DNA of 62,522 nt, filler included, from an uncultured archaeon (lineage in GTDB: Archaea; Iainarchaeota; Iainarchaeia; Iainarchaeales; 1-14-0-10-31-34): the NCBI GenBank assembly GCA_964442255.1. It is 3 parts of 3 records of this genome, joined end to end, with 100 filler letters (N's around TTAATTAATTAA, not from the genome) between each part and the next. Parts side by side here need not be neighbours in the genome. Positions count along the whole stretch, not along the records: positions 44,741 to 62,522 come from CAYTYC010000025.1; 2 more parts are not named here. One strand, given 5' to 3'. Under the pieces are notes generated by a model. The model had not been told where the DNA came from, searched no databases, and saw nothing but the letters and a program-made list of their open reading frames with translations. Shown here piece after piece: positions 54,879-62,522 of this stretch. The position numbers and the translations under genes were made by a program. The stretch's first letter is position 1; each line of letters begins with the position of its first letter.

Positions 54879-57800
54879 TTGAATAAGACTAGCGTTTCAG
54901 GCATTTTAGTGGTTTTTGGTTTACTGGTTTCGGGTTTAAGTGTTTCTGCGGCGCATACTGCAACTGTTTCTGTTTCACCTGGTTTAGTTGCAGGCGGGGC
55001 AACGGAAACACTTGAATTCACTGTGACGAATGATGCAGGTTCAACAGACAGCATCGTGGATATTTATGCAACAGTTTCAGGCGAATTCACTGGAGTTGGC
55101 TCGGTTTCCTGCCCAACGGACTGGACAGGGAGTTTTGATTCAGGGGTGGTAAACTGTGAGCTTGGAGCCGGGGCACCAATTGGCCCCTCAGCAAGCGGAG
55201 CTGTTTCCTTTTCCATTACAGCCCCCTCAACAGACACAAGCTATGATTTCAACGTAACCACAACAGACAATGTTGCTGGAACTGACACTAAAACGGCTTC
55301 AGTAACCGTTGATTCAACCCCCCCAACAGGCGCGTCAATTGAAATAACCGGAACAGACATCGGCGGGACTCTTTACACCTCAGACCCTGCCCCAACATTA
55401 ACTCTTTCAGCAACAGACGCAACAAAGATGGCTTTCAGCTGCGACGGAAGCACTTATTCAAAGGCAGTGGCTTACGCGACAAGCTACAGCGACTTTGACA
55501 TCAGCACAAGCGACGGCTGTGAAAACACGGAAAGCCTGCACACTGTTCACGCAAAATTTTTGGATGATGCAGGAAATTCCATAACCGCAAGCAATGAAAT
55601 CTTTTACGACGCTTTTGCCCCAAGCTTCGGTTCATTTAACCCGGAAAACGGTATTGGCTGGGCTAAATACACTATTGAAACAATTTCAGCAGTAATCGCA
55701 GAAAACGGTTCAGGGGTTAACGAAAGCACCATACGCTTAGTGTTTGGGGAAACTTACGACACCACAACCGACGATTTGAACTACGATTCAGGGACAAAAA
55801 CCTTGACTTTCAATGCCGCCAGCCTGGGCTTAACGGAAGACCATGGGATAGTGGAAATAACATTAAACGCTTCAGACAATTTAACCAACGCTTCAGGCGA
55901 TGTTGACTGGAGCTTCAAAATAGACGATACTGAACTGCCGGCAATAAGTGATTTGACTGCAACGCCTGTTTCAGGAAGCGCAAACATTAATTTGAGCTGG
56001 CTCATTCCAGATGACGGAAGCGCACCGGTTGACTATTACAATGTTTACAGAAGCGCTGCGGAGATAACCGAAAAACCTGCAACCCCTTTGGAGTCAAATG
56101 TTTCAACAAACTCCTACACAGACACCAGTTCGGCTGCGGGAACAATTTACCATTATGTTGTGACTTCCGTGGACAAGGCTGGAAACGAATCCGCAATCTC
56201 AAATGACGCGGAGGTTAATGTGCCCGGCGCAACAATTTCCATAAACGGCGGCGATGTTTACACAAACAATCAAAATGGCACTGTCACACTTTCTTTGGGA
56301 AAAAGCAATGAGGAATTCACCGAATGTACTTACAGCAATGACAACGAAACATCATGGGTTGAATGGGAAGCATTTTCCTCAAGCAAAACCTGGACTTTGA
56401 CTCCAACAGACGGGCAAAGGTTTGTTTACTTTAAGTGCAGAAACGGCAGCATTGAAAGCGTCAGCGCGGTTGACAGCATCATCCTGGACAGGAACGTGAG
56501 CAGGCCCTCAACACCGGGTGCTTCGGTGAGCAGCTCAATAGTAAGCCTTGACTGGAGCGACGTAAGCGACAGCTCTGGAATAGACTATTACATGGTTTAC
56601 GTGAACTCAACCTCCGGCTTCACGGCGACAGGGGAAGGAACAAAAGTGCAGGAAAGCAGCTATTCGCATGAAAGGGGAAACGGCGACTACTATTACAGGG
56701 TAAAGGCGGTTGACAATGCCGGAAACACAAGCGAACAGTCGGACCAGGTGCACGTGAACGTTGACACAAGCGGCGGAAGCAATCCCCCCAGTGGCAGCGG
56801 CGGAGGCTGCAGCGTTTCAGGGATTGTTGTGAGCGCGCCCCTTTACGCGGGAACAAACCCTGTCACAATCAGCTTCAGGGCGGACTCAAAACTTTATGAC
56901 GTGGAATTTGAAGTGAAGGTTCCCTCAGGGGACAGGCAAGGATACCAAGACCTGTGGACAGGGGAATCCGCGGCGCAGTCCGTTAGCTGGACTTTCAGGG
57001 AAAACGAGGAAGGAGAAGCAGGGGTTTACCTCTGGGCAAGGGACGCGCAGGGAGACAACTGCAACAAGGCTCCGGCAAAATACATTACAGTGGACGTAAC
57101 CGGACCGGAAATAAGCTGGGTTAACCCGGCAAGCGGGACAACCCTGAGGAGTGAAGTGGAACTGCAGGCGGAAGCCGAAGACGAAACCGCGGGAATAAAG
57201 AATGTAGAGTTTTCTTACAGGCGAAAAGGCGCAGAGGAATGGAATTCGGCTGCAGTGAAAACACTGCCATCCAGCGGAAAACAGTACACCCACGAATGGG
57301 ACATTTCAGGGCTTACAACAGGAACATACGAATTCAGGGCAACAGCGGAAGACAAGGCAGGAAACAATGCTGAAGAAACAATTGAAGTAAGGGTTGAAGG
57401 CGTTGCGCCGGGAGAAGAACTGAAAGGAACAGGGGAAAGGGTAATGGAAGCCGAAAAAGAACAGAAAGAAGCAAAAAAAACAGCGGATTACCTTGAATCA
57501 ATGCAGGTTTCATTGAGTGAAGGAATGCGGGGAATATACAATGAAGCGAAAAGCAAGCTCACAAAGGCATTGGAGCTGGAATTAGAGGAAAAATGGGATG
57601 AAGCCAAAACAGAGGCGGAGGACGCGCTTGCATTGTTCAGGAAATTCAACGGAACAACAATAACGTTCTATGAAACCAAGGACTACACTTACAGCGAAGA
57701 CTCCGCCCCGACAATGTTCGCTGCACTCGGATTAAGCCAGGCTCAGTCAAATGAGGCGGCTGAAAAGCTTGGAGCAACGGAAACCCACCGGAGAATGCGG

Positions 57801-58421
57801 GTATTAAAGGTTTCAATGGGCGAGGAAACCTTTTACCAGGTGAACTTTGTGGTTGAAGTGGCAAACAATTCAGGGGAACCGCAAACCATTAAAGTGGTTG
57901 AAGTAATCCCCAAAGAGGCAATCGCTTCAGCAGACGAAATTGAATGCTCGCATGCGGTGGAAGTATTGGTGGAAGACCCTGTAATACAAATCGTATTGGA
58001 GCTTGCCGCCGGGGAAAAGGAAACCATTATTTACTCAAACGGAAGGCATTTAAGCAAGGAAGAGGCAGACAACGCGATTGCAGGCGACCTGATACAAAAA
58101 TACAGCGCCCCGCCGGCAATGTTTTCATCCGGCACCGTAATTGAGCCGTCAACGCTTGCCGCCGGCGGAACAACAGGGCTTTTGTCCGGGGCGGCTGCAG
58201 TGGCTTTGCCTATCGCAATGGTAATCGTTGTAATAGTGATTGTGGTGCTTTTCGTGAACTTCAGGAGCCAGGCAACCGAAAAAGGTTTTGAAAAAGAATT
58301 CAGTTCCCAGCTTCAGAGCCCGAAGGAAGGCTTTCTCTCCAAGGTTTCAGGGAAAGTCAAGGAAATAGGAAAAGAAAAACAGGAAGAGCATAAACCAAGA
58401 TGGAAATGGGAAGGCGGCTGA
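54879..58421 (+). CDS. Large cell-surface protein with Ig-like/FN3 domains, helical stalk and C-terminal TM
   Basis: Signal peptide; S/T-rich beta domains; FN3 motifs LSW...YNVYRS...Y.Y.V..VDKAGNES; many NxS/T sequons; C-terminal TM. Confidence 0.88.
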   Translation: MNKTSVSGILVVFGLLVSGLSVSAAHTATVSVSPGLVAGGATETLEFTVTNDAGSTDSIVDIYATVSGEFTGVGSVSCPTDWTGSFDSGVVNCELGAGAPIGPSASGAVSFSITAPSTDTSYDFNVTTTDNVAGTDTKTASVTVDSTPPTGASIEITGTDIGGTLYTSDPAPTLTLSATDATKMAFSCDGSTYSKAVAYATSYSDFDISTSDGCENTESLHTVHAKFLDDAGNSITASNEIFYDAFAPSFGSFNPENGIGWAKYTIETISAVIAENGSGVNESTIRLVFGETYDTTTDDLNYDSGTKTLTFNAASLGLTEDHGIVEITLNASDNLTNASGDVDWSFKIDDTELPAISDLTATPVSGSANINLSWLIPDDGSAPVDYYNVYRSAAEITEKPATPLESNVSTNSYTDTSSAAGTIYHYVVTSVDKAGNESAISNDAEVNVPGATISINGGDVYTNNQNGTVTLSLGKSNEEFTECTYSNDNETSWVEWEAFSSSKTWTLTPTDGQRFVYFKCRNGSIESVSAVDSIILDRNVSRPSTPGASVSSSIVSLDWSDVSDSSGIDYYMVYVNSTSGFTATGEGTKVQESSYSHERGNGDYYYRVKAVDNAGNTSEQSDQVHVNVDTSGGSNPPSGSGGGCSVSGIVVSAPLYAGTNPVTISFRADSKLYDVEFEVKVPSGDRQGYQDLWTGESAAQSVSWTFRENEEGEAGVYLWARDAQGDNCNKAPAKYITVDVTGPEISWVNPASGTTLRSEVELQAEAEDETAGIKNVEFSYRRKGAEEWNSAAVKTLPSSGKQYTHEWDISGLTTGTYEFRATAEDKAGNNAEETIEVRVEGVAPGEELKGTGERVMEAEKEQKEAKKTADYLESMQVSLSEGMRGIYNEAKSKLTKALELELEEKWDEAKTEAEDALALFRKFNGTTITFYETKDYTYSEDSAPTMFAALGLSQAQSNEAAEKLGATETHRRMRVLKVSMGEETFYQVNFVVEVANNSGEPQTIKVVEVIPKEAIASADEIECSHAVEVLVEDPVIQIVLELAAGEKETIIYSNGRHLSKEEADNAIAGDLIQKYSAPPAMFSSGTVIEPSTLAAGGTTGLLSGAAAVALPIAMVIVVIVIVVLFVNFRSQATEKGFEKEFSSQLQSPKEGFLSKVSGKVKEIGKEKQEEHKPRWKWEGG

Positions 58422-58522
58422 AACCCCAAAAGACGGTGAACAGGGAAGCCCATTAAAGGAAAAAAAACCTGAAGATTCCTTAGGGTTGCCGAAGGCGACC
58501 CAAAAAAAGAAAGAAAAATTTT

Positions 58523-58882
58523 TTAACGGAACGGAAGCAGGGAAACGGCTTCCTCTTTTTTTATTTTCGGGCAAAGCCTGTAAAACGCTTTTGGAAGGGG
58601 AATTTTTCCAACTCTCACGGCCCACAAAACAACCCCGATTAAAACAAGAAAAAGGAATGTCGCGACCGCGGTCTGCTGGTTTATCGGAACAGAGAAAAGC
58701 TGGTTTTCAATCAAAACCGCAAGCGGCATGAATGCAATGCTGAACACAAAAGAAAACGTCAGTCTTTCGATTCCGTCAATTTCCTTTTTCCGGGGAAAAA
58801 AGCCCAAAGTGATGAAATACCCTGGGACAACCAGCATTATCGCCAAAGCGATTAAGCCGAAGGCAGTTTCCAGTGCAGCCAT
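58523..58882 (-). CDS. DUF1616-like membrane protein
   Basis: VPGYFITLGFFPRKKEIDGIERLTFSFVFSIA. Confidence 0.8.
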   Translation of the reverse strand: MAALETAFGLIALAIMLVVPGYFITLGFFPRKKEIDGIERLTFSFVFSIAFMPLAVLIENQLFSVPINQQTAVATFLFLVLIGVVLWAVRVGKIPLPKAFYRLCPKIKKEEAVSLLPFR

Positions 58883-59083
58883 GTAAAGAGAATTGCGCAG
58901 AGTTATTTAAAATGGTTTCGGAGTTTCACCCCGAAGAAACAGGTTTTACTTCCGTGCTTTTTTTACGTCAGGGGGCTGATGCTCCTGCAAGTATTAAACA
59001 TATATTCCGGAAAGTATGTCCATACATTTTAGTCTTATAGCCATGGACATAAATAATTGAACTTTTGTACATTAGGAAATGCT

Positions 59084-59566
59084 TTAGTTTGCCAAAATGC
59101 AGGCAAAAAACAAGGTTCCAAAAACCAAAAAGTTTCCAAAACTTATGTCCGATACTATTAGTCTGCCAAGTCCAAATACCGCCTTTTTATTTGTCCCAAC
59201 TAATCGCCCTTTACGGTCAATTAAAACATATTTATGACTGGTTAGGAAGTCGAATAATGCCTTGTTTTTTTTGGCTTCCTTGCACAACTCTGCCCCGACA
59301 CGGTAAGTCGCTTTTTTAACATTCCTTGATGCATCAGCATGAATAGCAACACCCGCAGAAGCGAAAATCCCTGTAACAACCGCAATACTTTCCCGCAAGG
59401 GCCTGCCAGCTGCCTGGTGGAAGGCATGAACCAGTTCCGGACCCGTAACCACCGCTGCAAGAGGAACAGTAGCCACAGCTTTAGTCCTAATCTTTCGACT
59501 TTTTCTCAACTTACCAACGGCTTCCCCAGATGCCGCCAAACCTTCTTTTCTTGACTCCGCCAACAA
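59084..59566 (-). CDS. Hypothetical basic protein (start uncertain, possibly frameshifted)
   Basis: 160-aa open frame from TTG; an ATG at 59576 in another frame gives MAKVVGGVKKRRF...stop. Confidence 0.5.
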   Translation of the reverse strand: MLAESRKEGLAASGEAVGKLRKSRKIRTKAVATVPLAAVVTGPELVHAFHQAAGRPLRESIAVVTGIFASAGVAIHADASRNVKKATYRVGAELCKEAKKNKALFDFLTSHKYVLIDRKGRLVGTNKKAVFGLGRLIVSDISFGNFLVFGTLFFACILAN

Positions 59567-59663
59567 CTTTAGCCATAAGTATATTTGTTATTTGGTTATT
59601 TATTAACCTTTGCAGTGAAAAAAAGCCAAGCTTAAATAGTTTCGTGCATTAAAATATTTCCGA

Positions 59664-60809
59664 ATGGCAGGCACAAAAATGGTTCTGGTTGTGGGCGGCG
59701 GAGCCGTGGGATTAAGGACCGCATCCGGGCTTGCGGAAGAGGGATGGGAGACAACTGTAATAGAGGAGCATCCTGAGATAGGGGTGCCTGTCCAATGCGG
59801 CGGCTTAATCAGCAAAAGCGGGGTGAACGAACACAATTTGAATGTTTTGGGGACTGTTTTGAATGAAGTGCGCGGCGCAAAAATTTTTTCCCCGTACGGA
59901 AACGAGTTGGTGGTGAAAAGGGATTGCCCTGTCGCGTACGTGATTGACCGCGCAAAATTCGACCAAAAGCTTGCACTGGAAGCCAAAAGAAAAGGAGTGG
60001 AAATCCGCACTGACACAAAGCTCATTGACTTGCGGAAGGAAACCGCGTTCATTAAATCCGGGGAAAGGGGGGAAATGATTAAGGCAAAGGTTTTTGTGGG
60101 GGCAGACGGGGTGAACAGTTCAGTGAGAAAAATTTTGGGGCAGGAAATTGGGCGCGAAAATTTTGTGCACGCGGTTCAGGTGAAGGCAAGGGGAAGGTTC
60201 GATAAAGATTTTGTGGAACTGCATTTTGGAAAAGAATTTGAGGGTTTTTTTGCGTGGGTTATTCCCGAGTCAGGCAGCACCGCAAGAATTGGTTGGGGGG
60301 TAAGGGCGGGGCTGAATGCAATGCAGGCAATGAATTCTTTTCTGGAAAAAAGGAATATTGAAGTTTTGGAGAAAAGCAGCGCGCTTATCCCTGTCGGAAA
60401 GCCTTTGGACAATGTTGTGCAGGGAAATGTTTTGTTGGTTGGGGACGCGGCCTTCCAGACAAAGGCGACAACAGGCGGGGGAATAATCACTGGTTCAATT
60501 GCGGCGGTTGAGGCCGCGAAAACGCTTTCCAACCACTTCAAGAACAAGGCTTCCTTGAATGATTACAGGAAAAACCTTGCACCTTTGTACAAGGAACTGG
60601 AAATGCACTTCAAGTTAAGGAAGTTTTTGAATGACCTGAATGAAAAGCAGTTGGATGACCTGTTCATTAAGCTGAAGAACGCGGGGGTCGAGGAGTATTT
60701 GAGCAGGTACGGGGACATGGACAAGCCCTCAAGGTTTATGTCAAAAATTTTGTGGAACCCAAAAAACTGGTCTTTGCTTCCAACCGGGTTAAGGATGCTG
60801 GCAAAGTGA
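59664..60809 (+). CDS. Geranylgeranyl reductase family (DGGGPL reductase-like)
   Basis: VGGGAVG, IGVPVQCGG, DRAKFDQ, GADG, WVIP, LVGDAA...TGGGI. Confidence 0.92.
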   Translation: MAGTKMVLVVGGGAVGLRTASGLAEEGWETTVIEEHPEIGVPVQCGGLISKSGVNEHNLNVLGTVLNEVRGAKIFSPYGNELVVKRDCPVAYVIDRAKFDQKLALEAKRKGVEIRTDTKLIDLRKETAFIKSGERGEMIKAKVFVGADGVNSSVRKILGQEIGRENFVHAVQVKARGRFDKDFVELHFGKEFEGFFAWVIPESGSTARIGWGVRAGLNAMQAMNSFLEKRNIEVLEKSSALIPVGKPLDNVVQGNVLLVGDAAFQTKATTGGGIITGSIAAVEAAKTLSNHFKNKASLNDYRKNLAPLYKELEMHFKLRKFLNDLNEKQLDDLFIKLKNAGVEEYLSRYGDMDKPSRFMSKILWNPKNWSLLPTGLRMLAK

Positions 60810-60813
60810 TTTA

Positions 60814-61347
60814 ATGGCAAAGAATCCCAAAAAAAGAAAAACCAAAAACAAACGCTTGCCTGGAAAAATCCCTGCAAAGAATATTTCAAAAATGGAAACC
60901 ACCTGGTCAGATTTTGCGGAACGCATCAACAAAAAATACCCACATTCCATAGGCTCAGGTCACTCACGACCTGAAAAAGCGCAACACAATTTTCTCATGG
61001 CCCGACATCATACGGCAAAATTTTTTGTTGCCAGAGGGGTTGAGAAGGCGTTTGAAGAATCTGCTTTAAGGCAAAAGGTGCGCAAAGCATTATTTTGCCT
61101 TTTGTTGGATGACATAAAAGAACTGAAAGGAAAAAGAGACAAAAAAAGAGACTATGATGCAGGAATAACGTTATCCAAAAAAATAGGAAAAGCTGAGTTT
61201 ACGGTTCTTGAAAAAGTTTTAAATGAGTTCTACGCGGCTATTTTGATTAAAAGAGACTATAAAAAAAACGAAACAGACCACACCCTTTTATGGGGGGCCC
61301 AAAAGGCTATAATAACAACAAAAAAGATCGTGAACGTTTTGCCCTGA
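60814..61347 (+). CDS. Hypothetical protein with Lys/Arg/Pro-rich N-terminus (orphan)
   Basis: MAKNPKKRKTKNKRLPGKIP; 177 aa; no recognisable family. Confidence 0.65.
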   Translation: MAKNPKKRKTKNKRLPGKIPAKNISKMETTWSDFAERINKKYPHSIGSGHSRPEKAQHNFLMARHHTAKFFVARGVEKAFEESALRQKVRKALFCLLLDDIKELKGKRDKKRDYDAGITLSKKIGKAEFTVLEKVLNEFYAAILIKRDYKKNETDHTLLWGAQKAIITTKKIVNVLP

Positions 61348-61436
61348 AGCTTTTGGCGAAGTGAGTTTTATGGCAATAAGCGAAGCAAAACCCATAAATA
61401 CTGATTTGAGCCATGTTTAGTGTGCCGGGGATTTAA

Positions 61437-61643
61437 ATGAATACTGCCGTAGAACAGAATTTCAGGTATTTTCTGGGCCACGAATTTGAAAAGTACAAGG
61501 AAGGGGAATGGGTTGCTATTTTTGGTGACAAGGTCATATCGCACGGGGAAAGCCTGAAAACGGTAATCAGTGAAGCAAAAAAAACCGCGCCCATGTCAAG
61601 GGTGCTGCTTTCAAAGATAAAAAAAACCGCAAGTTACCTTTAA
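61437..61643 (+). CDS. DUF5678-like small protein
   Basis: EKYKEGEWVAIFGDKVISHGESLKTVISEA. Confidence 0.8.
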   Translation: MNTAVEQNFRYFLGHEFEKYKEGEWVAIFGDKVISHGESLKTVISEAKKTAPMSRVLLSKIKKTASYL

Positions 61644-61647
61644 GCTT

Positions 61648-62067
61648 ATGAACCTCACTTACCGGTGCAGGCATTTGAGAATCGGGGAGCTTACCGTAAA
61701 GGAGCCGATAATACCGGTAACCTTAATTGGTTCCAATGGCGTAAAGCTGAATTTTACTGCAATCTTGGACAGCGGCTCTGACTTTGTTTTGCTGCCTTTG
61801 GAGGTTGCGGAGGCGCTGAAACTGAAGTACAATAAGAGAAAAAGGGATTCCGCAAAAACATATGCAGGGGATTCAATTACAACCACCCAGTCAAGGGTGA
61901 GGATAAAAATAGAAAAAGACAGGGAGAAAACGGTTGTCGAATGCAAGTGCGCCATCCTCTTGAACGAAAAAAAGCAGCATGAACACATTATTTTCGGCTC
62001 AGGCTTTTTTGAGCACTTCAAGATAATATTTGATTACCCGAACAACAGGTTCCAAATTAAACGATAA
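61648..62067 (+). CDS. Retropepsin-like (clan AA) aspartic protease
   Basis: PIIPVTL...AILDSGSD...LP.EVAEAL...IIFGSGFF..FKIIFDY. Confidence 0.85.
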   Translation: MNLTYRCRHLRIGELTVKEPIIPVTLIGSNGVKLNFTAILDSGSDFVLLPLEVAEALKLKYNKRKRDSAKTYAGDSITTTQSRVRIKIEKDREKTVVECKCAILLNEKKQHEHIIFGSGFFEHFKIIFDYPNNRFQIKR

Positions 62068-62088
62068 TCTGCAACAATTCCACAAAAG

Positions 62089-62522
62089 TCATTTTGAAAC
62101 AACAACCATTCTTGCAATTTTTTGGCTGTCCAATGCGACAAACTTTGTTTTTTCTTTTTCAAGCCAGTAAAAATAATCGTACAGCCTTTTGTCAGTGAAC
62201 CTCTGGCTCCAGAAGCCCTCTGCCGTAGCCGTAAAAGAATCCTTTTTTGAGGAGATTACAGTCATCCCAAAATCTTTGTAGGCTTTTTCCTGCGCTGTTC
62301 TGGCCGAATCAGAGTCAATGTACGTTGTTCCAAGAATTATTTTTCCGTTTTCTTTCAGGAGGCTGCGTGCGGCCAGGAAGATTTTAACGAATTTCTTGTT
62401 TGGTGAAAGGCAGCTTTTGGGGTAAGGCAGTATTAGTCCGTTTTTTGCCTTTTCAAGCTTGATTTCGTCTGGCTTGAAGTTTCCTGCCGTAAAGTAAGTG
62501 CAGAGGACGAAGTCATAGCTGT
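62089..62522 (-). CDS. Class I SAM-dependent methyltransferase, C-terminal part (5' end outside window)
   Basis: Manual translation SYDFVLCTYFTAGNF...FLAARSLLKENGKIILG...; TGA stop at 62089-62091. Confidence 0.65.
   Translation of the reverse strand, partial: SYDFVLCTYFTAGNFKPDEIKLEKAKNGLILPYPKSCLSPNKKFVKIFLAARSLLKENGKIILGTTYIDSDSARTAQEKAYKDFGMTVISSKKDSFTATAEGFWSQRFTDKRLYDYFYWLEKEKTKFVALDSQKIARMVVVSK

Overview
Archaeal chromosome fragment from a scaffolded draft assembly or MAG, with three 100-nt gaps, two of them holding an artificial TTAATTAATTAA linker. Gene content is clearly archaeal: split RNA polymerase rpoH-B''-B'-A'-A'' followed by L30e-nusA-S12-S7-EF2-(insert)-EF1a-S10; the S19e-PDCD5-L39e-L31e-aIF6-LX-pfdA-ftsY cluster; SRP54, Hjc, archaeal DnaG, archease, RtcA, geranylgeranyl reductase; and three tRNAs without encoded CCA, one with a canonical-position intron. 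Divergent core proteins, compact organisation and bacterial-type coaD/coaE/apt suggest a DPANN lineage, possibly Iainarchaeota/Diapherotrites (inference, not tested). Most notable: (1) RNase P subunit Rpp21 fused in frame to a bacterial-type dephospho-CoA kinase and coupled to coaD; (2) a ribbon-helix-helix domain fused to a degenerate sugar-nucleotidyltransferase, divergent from a UDP-sugar operon and preceded by an inverted repeat; (3) modular hairpin units after all three tRNAs, forming a 5-unit array behind tRNA-Gly(TCC); (4) a dispersed set of orphan genes with Lys/Arg/Pro-rich N-termini, several with fresh tandem duplications or frameshifts; (5) a 547-aa LAGLIDADG intein in the P-loop of EF-2; (6) several families of intergenic palindromic repeats. 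No rRNA, cas genes or bona fide CRISPR array were seen.
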